Source: Octopus bimaculoides
Lineage: Eukaryota
DNA: 64,000 nt
Direction of reading: 5' to 3'
NCBI RefSeq assembly: GCF_001194135.2
Contig: NC_068984.1
Coordinates: 12,234,412-12,298,411 of the forward strand
Made by a program: the position numbers and the translations under genes
In this document: piece after piece, positions 35,744 to 47,737 of the stretch
Layout: the number at the start of each line of letters is the position of its first letter
How positions within the stretch are numbered: position 1 is the stretch's first letter
Notes under the pieces: generated by a model
What the model saw: the letters and a program-made list of their open reading frames with translations, nothing else
The model's database searches: none
What the model was told of the DNA's origin: nothing

Positions 35744-37410
35744 TAGTCAGTATTCTTTCGTTACAAACAGCACAGTTAACGAAAGAATACCGACCAGAGA
35801 TTAATAGTCTACGCATGGAGGTACAAGTAAATATTTTTGTTGCCAAAATATTTTTATATATTTTCCCCAAATGATAAGATCTTTTGTTCACTATTTACTG
35901 TATTAATCCTTATTACCTCCCTCGGTTGTTCACTTACGGATTGTGCCTGATAGTACAACATACAAAGAACACACATTACATACACTAGCATGTGCACGTG
36001 TCTTTGTGCCCTCACCACCACTGACAACCGGTATTGGTTTATGATTCCATAACTTAGCTGTTTGGCAAAATGCCCGATAGAAGAACTAGATTACAATAAG
36101 TACTGGAGTCGATCTGTTCGACAAAATCCCTTCAAGGCGGTACTCCAGCATGGTAAAAGATTAGCACTACGTGTGTGTGTGTGTGTGTGTGTGAGTGAGT
36201 GCAAGATTACTCTTGCATCAGATGAGATAGTATCGCTCATCTTTAATGAAGCAAGAATCAGCCTGCATCATACTGCGTTAACTGTTCGTTTATTTATCGT
36301 CCCTCACACTAAGAAGAAAAAAAACAAAAAAACCCCCAAAACTATCGAATAATTTCACACCGTCCGATATTGTTTCGAAGCATACAAAATATTATTGATT
36401 AATTCGTGAAGCGAAGAATAAAATGGAGATATTGACATCTTAGTCAGCACTGTGTTTTAGCACTGTTTGTAAGTTTTGGGGGAAAGTAACATGACATGTC
36501 TGTTAGGAACTATCGAAGATTAAGCATCGAATAGATATATTAGATTGTTAAAAAAACAAAAGAAAAACGTATCTTCACTCAAAATAAACCAGGTCTTTGA
36601 TGTATATAGACATTAATATATAATGCAAGTAGTTTATGATTAATGCAGTACTATCTCAAATACTAAATATATTTTATATGAAATAAGAAACTTGGGCGGC
36701 AGGATTAGTAGAATCGCTAGTGTCGGATAAAATACCTGCTGTGTTTTGTTACGGCCTTTCTAATTCTTAGCAAACTAGGTCGACTTTGCCGTTTATCCTT
36801 CAATAGTTGATAAAATCAAGTACCAGTTATATAAAGGGGTAATAAAATCAACTTCATACATTGTTCGTTTGATACAAAAATTAGTTTGCATTTAATGTAA
36901 AGAAGCTATATTAAACTTGAAAAGACGAAATAATAAAGTATAGTTTTAATATTTAATAATGATGAAGACTGGTAGAGAACGTTGTTAATACTCAGGCTTA
37001 AGAAAAGGAAATAAAATTAGATACGAGTTGCCGTTTAATTAAACAATTTAAATGACTTGTCTTTTGAATTAAACCTAACTTAGAATCATCGGTCATCTTT
37101 TAAACTTTGTTAATGCCAAGGGAGCAACAATGAAGTAAAAGAAGCTGAACTATTTATAATTTTAAGTTTAATTACAACATAACACAAGTTACTTTATGGA
37201 GTAAAATATATTTGACAGATGAGAGCATTGACATTAAACATGATCTTTAAAAAGTACGACCGAAATTGTTTGGAATACACAGTGACATGCGGGTGTATTA
37301 TGAAATACAAATAAGAATAAAATTAGTTTAACGAACCCTACTTTCAACATTATATATATATATATATAAATAAATATACATACATACATATATATATATA
37401 NNNNNNNNNN

Positions 37411-37445
<35 letters not shown>

Positions 37446-38639
37446 CAAATACAACATACATTTATATATAAGTGAAGATAGACATAAAAATGCATCGATA
37501 TATTTATGAAGTTTTCAGTTTCTAATTAAGAATACGATGCATACAGATGTGTATTGATACATAGACAGTTAAATATAAGGAGTCTAATTAATTGTTAAGA
37601 ACGAGCAATAAAACAAAGATCAGTTGGGACTTACAAGAGACAAACGTTGACGGCATTTGGTTTAATTCAGACAAATAGGGAGGAAGGGGAGAGAGAGGGA
37701 GAGAGTGAGTGAGTGATAGAGAAAGAAAGAAAAAGAGCGAGGAACTGAGATGTATATCAAGTGGTGACAGGAGGTTTACAAATTAGTGTTGATATTAGAG
37801 TTATCTCCCTTCTAATTTGGGTGTAGCATCGGACACCACCGCCACCAGGCGTAGGTTCTCTTTATGTTGTCCGCGATAGCGGTTAGTTTCTTCTCGTAAG
37901 CTACCTACAGCAAAACAGAAAGAACTAACACGGATGCTGGAATCGTTAGAGCGTCGGAAGAAATGTTTTTGCCGTGGTTGTTCCAGTTCGTTGCGTTCTG
38001 AATTCACATCCTACTAAGGTCAACTTTACTTTTATCTTCCTTGATAGATTCGATAAAATAAACTTCTGGTCAAATTCGAAGCTTTCTACCTATATCAGGA
38101 ATCTCTCTATAAAACTATGCTAAAACAATAACGCGCCGTACTAAATGAATTATAATGTTTTTATTCTGGCAGGATTCGAGTTAAAATTTTGCTGTGATAA
38201 ACTTTGGTTTCAACTTTTTGTAATCGATATAAAAGAGTCAATTCAAGGAATTAAATTCACTTCAAAAGTGTGAGATTTATCTAAGAAATCAATATAAAAT
38301 AGGATGAGAAATATTTTGCAATACCTTTTAAAATTTACCCCTCTCTCGCTCTCTCTAGAGCATAGCCAAAGCAGGATGTTCAATTCTATCTTTCTCTCTT
38401 CTCGACGCAGCACTCACCCGTGAGCAAGCTGTTGTTTCTCTCTCTTCCTTCAGCACTTAATCAGAGAGCAATCGGTCGATCTACTTTCGTTTACTTAGTA
38501 CCAGTACAATACTCATTTCAATACAATATCGATTTGTTGTATCACTCGTCCGCCAATTCGCGTATGTTCATTTCCTTGTTTTTACCTCAGCAACAAAACG
38601 AACAGCTTCGTCATGCAGCAAGTCAACAAATATGCTGAC

Positions 38640-38880
38640 AAACAAGAACCGCTCCTTGCACAGGTAAAAAGAGGAAAGCTTACCTGGTACGGTCACGTAT
38701 TCCGCCACAACCTCCTGTCCAAAACAATCCTTTAGAGCATAGTTAAGGGAGGGTTAAAGAGAGGCAGACAAAGAAAATATTGGTTGATCACATCAAGGAC
38801 TGGACAGGTCACCATAGCATGACTCTTCTACATATGACAGAAAACAAAAACCATTGGCGACGGTATCGAGAGTGGCACCC
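38640..38880 (+). mobile_element. RTE (BovB-like) LINE 3' fragment
   Basis: LLAQVKRGKLTWYGHVFRH...KTIL...GGLKRGRQRKYW. Confidence 0.75.
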
Positions 38881-41570
38881 CTGCAACTAGTTGCATCTGT
38901 GAAGGGAGCTTGATGGTGTTACATACAACAATTGAATAAGTAAGACCTCATTTAAGAGATTTCTAAAGGAATAGTTACAAGTTTTCACTGCATATGTCAA
39001 ATATATGAATTCAGTTCATAATTACTGAGAATAAATTAAATAGAAGAAATGAGATTGTCTTGTTAAAAAGCTGACTGACATTAGTTTCGAGTAGCATCTT
39101 ACGTCATTCTAAACAGAATAAGGAGAAAAGGGGCAAACATCTATCATAGCATTAAGTGACAGTAGTTCCATGTAGTGCCATAGGTTGTTCTGTAAGGAAA
39201 AGTAGAAGACAGTGTGAGACCATTTTATAGTGCACAGCATCAAGGCTACGTGTTGACTTCTGGTTGGCTTTTTATAACCCCAACGAAGTTTTTCTAGAAA
39301 ATTTGACCAGACTATTTGGCGGGAAGATTCTAGCTCATTTGGTCATACGTCAACTGCTCTTAGTCAAGCCATGTTCATGTAGACGTTAATGCTTTTTTTG
39401 ACAACACAATTTTCGTAACTAGCCTCGTCTTTCATGGCAGTAAGGAAGTATATGGTCTTGAAGTACAATGTTTCAAAACTCAGCAGGAACTTCTCTACAA
39501 TACAATACATATGAATATCGAAAGATCCTCCCATGAGAATATGCTAATCATGTATCTTTCAACAGCAGGAAAACACAACAGTTAAGTCCTGGCAGATTTC
39601 ACGTCAAATAAAGGGCCATAGCATGCTGAAGCTTAGTTTTTATAACGATGAAAAATTGTTGCCTACGCATCGAAACAAATTTCTTAACCTCTCACTAAAC
39701 TAAGCACACACTAAAATCTGATCAAATGACACTCCTGAATTTTGATACTTCACAAAAAAAAAAATCAAAATATAAAGAAAGTTGAATTTGAATTAAACTA
39801 TCAGTCCCCTGAGACTCTTCATAATAAAGGTATTATATATATTAAAAAAAAAAAAAAACTGCTGGCAGACTGCGAAACTTATTCGTGTGAAGGTATCAAA
39901 CTACTGTATAAACTGTAATAGTGTATTTAACAAGAACGTCAACCAAGATCTATAAGAAGTGAAAAATAATGAAAACACTCATTTGTAAAAGTGACTAGAG
40001 CGATCTGTTTGTCCTCATGGGCAAAGAAATAGTCTCGCATGAAGATTGTAATAGCATGAAACTCGAGTCATGAAACAAACCCTCAGTTTCAGTAACAATA
40101 ATAAAATAATGCACTATTCAAGTATTTTGAAGAGTTTAGCCCAATATGCAGCTACATTATATATATATATGGGGATCTACTCAAATCCCTGGAAACTGGC
40201 GACAGTATGTCCCATTTCCAATAAGGGAATCCGTTCTGTTGAAACAGCCATCTTATCCCCCAATATTAACATCTGAAAAAATAATGGAAATGGCTTTAAA
40301 TAACTACCTGCTTCGTCACTCTCGGATATCTTCTTTTGTCAGAAATAATAGGTTGATTTCCATTGAGTCAGAGCAACCGGGGACCTTCTTGGGGTATCAG
40401 GCTTCCTTGTAAACTAGGTAATCGAAATGGCTGGGGTTTCGCTGGTTCTATTCCAACAACTCCTCGCGGCAAAAGTATGTCATCATCAACCCAGCTAAAA
40501 TGGCTAAGAGACTGACTGATGCCATTCTCCTTGGTAACGTCCTACTCGTTCTCCACCGAACCAAAGTCCATAACTAACCTTCAAACCTTTAAGTAGTTTA
40601 CAAATGTGGAAGTTGTTTGATGGGTGTTGGATATTTGGTTAGGCTGCACGTTCTTGCCATATAAAAATCAAGTCACCATATAAAGTTTTCAACAAATCGC
40701 ATTTATTTACATAAAGACATTACGTAGATTATTTGTTGAGAGAGATAAGAAAATAAGTCTTCATATTTGATAAAAGGTTCTTTAAGCATGGCTGTCAATA
40801 ACCAAAAGCATCTCTAACAAACTCTGCTAAGCTTCTCTCTTCGATTTTGTCTTTCCCGCACATGTCAATTTATGACCATATTTTGACGAGAAATGGCGGG
40901 AAAATTTCCATTCAAATCACGTAATCACACGAATGCATGTCATATGATTGGTCGAAACGCAGAGCTAAAATCACATGACTTTATCGGTTCTGAGACATCA
41001 GAGTTTTGAATTCTAAGTGTCGCTGCACAAACAAATATGTTCCCTGCTGTTATTGCACCATCTATTGGCATTCTTTTACCTGTCGGTACAACTCTTGCAA
41101 GATATTCATCAGAGAAGCCTTTGTGTATCGCACATCCTGCAAGCTTGCCCACTTACCAAAAATACAGCATAGATTTTTGGTCCCTTGTAAAATCTATTGA
41201 TTTTAAGAATTCCATCACTTTTCTTAGGCCTCGGTTAAGACAAGAGGCCCAAAGCACTTATGAGATTTTAGTAATTCAAAATATAAACAGTAATAAACCA
41301 TAAAATAATTTTCCATTTTTCAAAATGAAACAAAAGTAACTGAGATACTTTTATTCTTTTACTTGTTTCAGTCATTTTGACTGCGGCCATGCTGGAGCAC
41401 TGCCTTTAGTCGAGCAAATCAACCCCAGGACTTATTCTTTGTAAGCCTAGTACTTATTCTATCGGTCTCTTTTGTCGAACAGCTAAGTTATGGAGACGTA
41501 AACACACCAGCATCGGTTGTCAAGCGATGTTGGGGGGGACAAATACAGATGCACAAACACACACACACAC

Positions 41571-41924
41571 GTCGGGCTGCACAAGTCGCAAAGCCCCAGG
41601 TTTAGATGGTCTGCCCTATGTATTCATGCCAGATTTGCTTGACGACCTCTTGGCAGACGTTTACCACAACTGGCAACAGAACGGGAGAATTCCCAGTGCT
41701 GTTAGTCGGGGTGTGGTGACACTGCTGAAGAAGGACGCCGACAGTGGGGGACATACTAGGGAATTTTCAGCCCATAACTGCTAAATACAGAGTCTAAGAT
41801 TTTTACCAAGGTGTTAGCAAAAAAGTTGGCGCTTGTCGTTGGTAGTCTAGTAAGGGAAGCACAAACGAGAGCAACCCTGAACAAGTCTATCCACAACAAT
41901 CTCCACCTTATGCGATACATCATA
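41571..41924 (+). mobile_element. L1/Tx1-clade LINE reverse transcriptase N-terminal fragment
   Basis: KAPGLDGLPY...WQQNGRIP...GVVTLLKK...(frameshift) PITLLN...KVLAKKLALVVGSLVREAQT...SIHNNLHLMRYII. Confidence 0.85.
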
Positions 41925-41988
41925 CACTTTATGTATTTGTATTGTCCCCCTCACCCTTCGCCCTGGTGGCAAATAAAAGAAATCTTCA

Positions 41989-42027
<39 letters not shown>

Positions 42028-42032
<5 letters not shown>

Positions 42033-42096
42033 ATAAACTCAGGGTAAAAGGCAGACTGTATGACGCATGTGTACGAACAGCCATGCTACATGGCAG
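42028..42096 (+). mobile_element. RTE/RTE-X LINE fragment running into a gap; its 3' tail probably resumes at 42641..42875
   Basis: KLRVKGRLYDACVRTAMLHG follows an (ATT)n tract. A matching family tail ending (GAT)n lies after the gap. Confidence 0.7.
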
Positions 42097-42880
42097 NNNN
42101 NNNNNNNNNNNNNNNNNNNNNNNNNNNNNNNNNNNNNNNNNNNNNNNNNNNNNNNNNNNNNNNNNNNNNNNNNNNNNNNNNNNNNNNNNNNNNNNNNNNN
42201 NNNNNNNNNNNNNNNNNNNNNNNNNNNNNNNNNNNNNNNNNNNNNNNNNNNNNNNNNNNNNNNNNNNNNNNNNNNNNNNNNNNNNNNNNNNNNNNNNNNN
42301 NNNNNNNNNNNNNNNNNNNNNNNNNNNNNNNNNNNNNNNNNNNNNNNNNNNNNNNNNNNNNNNNNNNNNNNNNNNNNNNNNNNNNNNNNNNNNNNNNNNN
42401 NNNNNNNNNNNNNNNNNNNNNNNNNNNNNNNNNNNNNNNNNNNNNNNNNNNNNNNNNNNNNNNNNNNNNNNNNNNNNNNNNNNNNNNNNNNNNNNNNNNN
42501 NNNNNNNNNNNNNNNNNNNNNNNNNNNNNNNNNNNNNNNNNNNNNNNNNNNNNNNNNNNNNNNNNNNNNNNNNNNNNNNNNNNNNNNNNNNNNNNNNNNN
42601 NNNNNNNNNNNNNNNNNNNNNNNNNNNNNNNNNNNNNNNNGTGGCACATAAAAGACACCATTTCGAGCGTGGCCGTTTTCGTGCGGGTGACACGTAAAAG
42701 CACCCACTACACTCTCTGAGTGGTTGGCGTTAGGAAGGGCATCCAGCTGTAGAATCTCTGCCAAATTAGACTGGAGCCTGGTGTTGCCATCCGGTTTCAC
42801 CAGTCCTCAGTCAAATCGTCCAACCCATGCTAGCATGGAAAGCGGACGTTAAACGATGTTGATGATGATGATGATTTATT

Positions 42881-43536
42881 GTCTTTGCACAGCTTCTAAT
42901 GCTGGAGATGTACTACGGTGTCAGCTGTTCATTACTAATGAACTAAGGTAACACCTCATATTTTTCGTACTCCTTCCAGAGTATTTGAGCGGCTCCAAGC
43001 AGTTCTGTTTTCTGCAAGTGCTCCACCTGTTCGTTCCATGTACTTCTCAAGATTTTTGCTCACTATTCCCAGGGCTCCGACAATTATTGGTACTGCTACC
43101 ACCTTTTTCATTGACCACAGCTGCTTAACCTCCCAAGCTAACCTGTCATACCTGTCGACTTTTCTTTCTTCCTTATCGCATACCTGGGCATGCTACATCT
43201 AAGATCCAGCATAGTTGTTTGTCCAATGGACAAGCCTTGCTATATTGTCGTGGCGTCTCTTATATTCCTTCTGGGCTAGTGGCGTACATTGGCTGGTAAT
43301 ATGCCATATGGTTTCACCATTTTGTCCACAGATTCTGTACTTATCACTTTCTGTTGTGTTGTCTATTCTGTATTTTATGTAGTTTATTCTTAGTGCTTGC
43401 TCTTGGGCAGCACAGATTAGAGCCTCTGTTTCCGGTTTTAAATCACTTTTAGTCATCCACAGCCATCTCTTTTCTCTGTCTGTATTATCTTCAACATACC
43501 TATGAAATTGTCCATGCATTCTTTTCTTTACCCACC
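42881..43536 (-). mobile_element. 5'-truncated R4/Dong-clade (restriction-like endonuclease) non-LTR retrotransposon
   Basis: MHGQF...LKPETEALICAAQEQALR...ICGQNGETIWHITSQC...YKRRHDNIARLVHW, followed by a frameshifted DVACP...KQLWSMKKVVAVPIIVGALG. Bounded by (TAA)n at 43537..43558. Confidence 0.85.
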
Positions 43537-43858
43537 TATTATTATTATTATTATTATTGAGAGAGAGAGAGAGCAGTGCATGCCATCAAAGTGACACGGG
43601 TACAATTATACAAAGCCCAATATACCCATCATGACTACCCGTCTGATAAGGGTACACCAGGCACATGCATCCCAACCATATGTGCATGACATGGTGATCT
43701 TATATCAAAATGAACAGTGCACGACCTTGCAGGTAGGGCCCAGTTAAAATTTTCTTCGGGTTGAGTAGCCCATCCCATTCAAAAGGTCCCTGAATAAAGT
43801 TTGCTTAAGGATGATGAACAAAACACCCATGTTTCCAGAGGTGAATTTTTCAGGATCC

Positions 43859-44753
43859 GGACAAAAGCCTCCTAGGACAAAAGTCCCCTATGACAAAAGC
43901 CCCACCGATAAAAGTCCCTTGGACGAAAGCCCCATAGTCAAAGTAAGTGGACAAAGGCGCCCTAAAATTATATTTTTCGGTTATTTTTTCGTTTTTTTCC
44001 CCTTCTTTTTACTTGTTGCAGTCATTAGACTGTGGCCATGCTGGGGCAGCACCTTGAGGAATTTTTAGTCAAATGTATCGACCCCAGGATTTTTTTTTAT
44101 GATTTTCAACCAGTACATGAAGTTAAGCCTAGAAGGTCTTTCCACATGCTAGAAATAACAACAAAATCTTAAAAATTTGTTTTTATAATTTCACGTGAAC
44201 AAAAAACGGACATCGCGGTTGTAAAAAGAAACTTTTATTTTCCAAAATTCCAATTTTCAAGTAAGCAAAATATATTTAGTCGAAAATAAATAAGTAGAAT
44301 AGGATAACAGAACACAAGACTCTTTACTACTCAATGTACATGTTATCTGAATTTAAAAACGATAAGAAGTTCGTTTCAATGACTAGCCTTCGGCGCTATA
44401 ATTCTGTTAGACATTCAACGGCCGGAGAAAGTTCAAAAGGTCAGCTCATTCTCGTTAACCTGCAAGTGCTGAGAGAAGAAAACAAAAGGCATTAACTCAA
44501 AATTTTAAAATGCTGATTTTTCTGCGACTAAAAATTCTTCAAAGCCGCAGTCTAATAACTGCAACAAGTAAAAAAAAAAAAAAAATTCTGGCGTCAGTAC
44601 GTTCAACTAAAAATTCTTCAAGGCGATGCCCCAGCATGGCCACAGTCTAATGACAGAAACAAGAAGTAAAAGGTGAAATAAATAAATAAATAACCGAAAA
44701 ATATAACCGTGGGGCTTTTGTTCGAGGGACTTTTGTCTGTGGGGCTTTTGTCC
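43859..44753. mobile_element. TIR-type element with subterminal ~16-bp tandem units (GGACAAAAGCCCC), enclosing inverted SINE tails
   Basis: About 6 units at 43859..43955 and 3 inverted units at 44711..44753. SINE 3' ends in opposite orientation at ~44005..44090 and ~44605..44672. Confidence 0.65.
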
Positions 44754-45726
44754 TACAGTCGAATTATTCAAACCGCAAAGAATTCCTCTCAACACATGGC
44801 TATGATATTCCTCCACTACTTCTGCTCGTGATCAGAGATGCACATATCGTCAGCCACCAAGGGACATGCTCAACTGGTTATGGTCAAACAACTGACAAGC
44901 AAATCTGAGGTATTGAGCAGAATATTTACTGTAGCCCATCTTTTATATTAAGACAAAACAATGTACATAACATAATCAGTTAAGATCAGAAGCCATGAGA
45001 CCCACTGTCTGGTATTGCATCGTTATTATTATTATTATTATCTAATTTGGAAGATTAAGCGAAATCAAAGAAATAGAAAGTTGAAGAAAAGTTTTAAATG
45101 TTTTTATAAAACGATATATGTATTCATTTCATATAACTGCATCCAAGTAAGGAACTTTTAGCTTTAGTTCAAAGAAACAGGAGACAGATAGATAAATAAA
45201 TAGATAGATAGACAGCGAGCGAGAGAGAGAGAAAAAGAGAGAGACTAATCACTGTAGCGTATAACCGGCACTTATTTCACCTACAGCGGAGGGGGTCAAA
45301 GACAAATCGACCCCAGTGAAATTTGTATGCAGAGCCTTAGAGGGATATAACCAAAGGGAGCAAGATGTGTTGTCTCGCATTCTACTGATTCTACCAAACA
45401 TAACCTTCTCGTCATAAATTACTAAAAGTTATTGGAATAAATCGAAGTTTCTGCGCAGTAATCTATAATAAACTAAAGAAAATAGATCCACGAACAAAGA
45501 AGCAAGAACTCAAGAATATTTTATTTGAAAATTAATATAATAGTGAAAGATAGCTTTTAAAGTAAATCTTATTTAAAATAATGCGATAAATGAAATATCT
45601 TTAGCTTCTTTCTTTTGCGATGTGTACTTGTTGCGAACTAATTATATACGAAACTGTGTCCATGTTTCATAACAGTTCATTCGCTTGTTGTCTGCTACAC
45701 ACGACTGAGTTTACTTGCACCAAGCC

Positions 45727-45984
45727 ATGTCCTTAATTGCTTGCAGTGGTGTTCGACCTCTTACGTATCGAATAGGTACGCAATTCTTACAGAAAAGCAG
45801 TAATCAGAGGATCTTTCAAATTCCTAATTTACAGCGACTCCTTTCAGCCACATCGTCTTCAGCTTCGTCGTCAACACTCCTAAAGCAGAATTACGAAAAC
45901 TCCCACGTCTCTCCGACCTCAGGAGAACAAGCACCTTCTCCGGAACCCTTCGTGAAAAACCTTTTCCTTGGGAAATTCGACAAA
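45727..45984 (+). CDS. ACAD9: acyl-CoA dehydrogenase family member 9 / complex I assembly factor, exon 1 (mitochondrial targeting peptide)
   Basis: gccATG at 45727. MSLIACSGVRPLTYRIG...QRLLSATSSS is Arg/Ser-rich and acid-free. Ends PFVKNLFLGKFDK|GTTAGT. 258 nt, phase 0. Confidence 0.85.
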
Positions 45985-47244
45985 GTTAGTAATACACCTT
46001 TTCTTGTTAACTTATTTATTTATCTGTAGTTTCTTTCCAACAGCTCTGAAATTAGAAATGAAAAGATCTTCTCTCGGAGCCGTGCTTACGCTTCTTAAAA
46101 CACTTAAGGTCAATTTTTACCGGTAATTCGCGTCACTATATTAATTTAATTTATTGAACTCACTAGAATAATTAGAAGTGGAGCAGTTTCTAGTGAGATG
46201 CGAAAATCATGCAAGATATTTAAATAGTTTGTTTGGTGGCCAGTAAAATGTTTTTTGTTTTGGCGCTGTTTTATTTAAAGTCGTCAGAGTGTGTGTGAAC
46301 ATGTGTGATCGACTTTCTGTTTCAGTCCGCTACAGGTTCTTTAAACCCAAATGTTCTACTGAAACCAGGAGTCTAACCAGATGTACTAAACTTCTTAACA
46401 TAGCTGTGTTTAAATTTTTCTTTAGTAAAATCAAAACAGATTATTCAAGATAAAATGGTGAATTTTCATTTTAGTCAGAAACTGATTAGCATTAAGGAAT
46501 TTACCGTTTCTTTCTAGACAATGGTGTTTAGGTAAATGTCCATTCTAAGCGAGGGAACCAGGTAAGCATGGGCTCCAACTTGTGGAAGTTATGGATCAGC
46601 CAGTTACCTATTTGACTCTGTCGTAGTTGGATGTGTAATCGTCGAAATAATGTTTACAAACACAGCAGCTTAAACTAAGGTTAGGGGATTCACAGTTCCT
46701 TTATAGACAGCTGTGCTTAAGGGGCGACGTAAACGCATTTTAGAAACTATTTTCATTTTGAGTATCTCCAAATAGCACCAAGACACTTTTGAAATTGTTG
46801 CGATGACATGTCATAACAATATACAAATACTTTGCCTGACAATAACAAAGCTGGCTTGAATGGGCTGAAACTCCGAAAAAAGAAAAAAAATCTGAAGCTG
46901 TTTGAGATATCTTTAGGGTCGAAATACGCCCCTTTTACTTCTAAAAGGTAAAACGTAAAAGATAAACTAATATTGAAAATCGTGAATCCACCTCGCCAAA
47001 TTTCCTGAAAAAAAAAAAGTGTTAATAATAAAGAAATAATAATAAACCAACGAAATCTTCCTTCGACCGCTGAATAAACTAATTTCTTGGTACCAAAATT
47101 TATCCAACTGTTTTCGTTTTTAGCGTAGAACCATGAAACGCAGTTAAGGATTATTAAACGGCTGGATTCTACACTGTTTCTCTCTACCAAATTTCATTCA
47201 CAAAATAGTGTCGATCTTCTTATGTACAGCACTCAAAATACGGA

Positions 47245-47460
47245 CTGTCTATCTATCTGTCTTTCTATCTATCTGTCTGTCTTTCTATCTGTCTATCTGT
47301 CTGTCTGTCTTTCTGTCTGTCTACCTGTCTTTCTTTCTGTCTGTCTATCTATCTATCTGTCTATATGTTTGTCTGTCTATCTATGTCTCTCTGTCTATAT
47401 GTTTGTCTGTCTATCTATGTCTGTCTGTCCATCTATTTGTCTATATGTCTGTCTGTCTGA
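47245..47460. repeat. (TCTA/TCTG)n compound tetranucleotide microsatellite
   Basis: Seen directly. Continues at ~47640..47700, followed by a ~30-nt T run. Confidence 0.95.
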
Positions 47461-47475
47461 CTGAACACTATTCAA

Positions 47476-47640
47476 TTTTTTTTCTCCGTGTTTTTCTCCT
47501 TGTCTCCGTATTCTTTCTGTTGAAGAGCGTAGCTCGAAACGTCAAAGACTTTCCGTATTCCCGAGCGTCATACTAATATATACTTTTGTTATTTACACCA
47601 CCTGTCCTCGTCTGTTGTTATTATTTGTATATTCTCCCAT
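47476..47640. mobile_element. Penelope-like element pseudo-LTR fragment
   Basis: Carries the TGAAGAGC-GTA-GCTCGAAACGTC signature typical of PLE repeats and is flanked by microsatellites. Confidence 0.55.
47512..47548 (+). ncRNA. minimal type I hammerhead-ribozyme-like motif (core variant CUGUUGA)
   Basis: Stem I UCUUU/AAAGA, core CUGuUGA, stem II GAGC-GUA-GCUC, GAAA, palindromic ACGU stem III, GUC cleavage triplet. Confidence 0.55.
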
Positions 47641-47706
47641 ATATATCTATTTGTCTATCCGTCTGTCTGCTTCTCTATCTGCCTGTCTGTCTGTTGGTTT
47701 CTCGCT

Positions 47707-47737
<31 letters not shown>

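Noticed and set aside
39290-39630. Possible Tc1/mariner transposase relic on the minus strand (LQDHILPY...FPPNS)
   Set aside because: Too many stops and frameshifts to support by eye, and no TIRs found.
43859-43955. CRISPR-like short direct repeats (also the ~60-bp units at 18640..18900 and 23900..24240)
   Set aside because: No unique spacers of constant length, no cas genes and a eukaryotic context. They are TE-internal tandem repeats.
46717-46934. Short element with AAGGGGCG inverted ends after TTAA (Kolobok/piggyBac-like MITE)
   Set aside because: The TIR is only 8 bp and the right-hand TTAA is absent.
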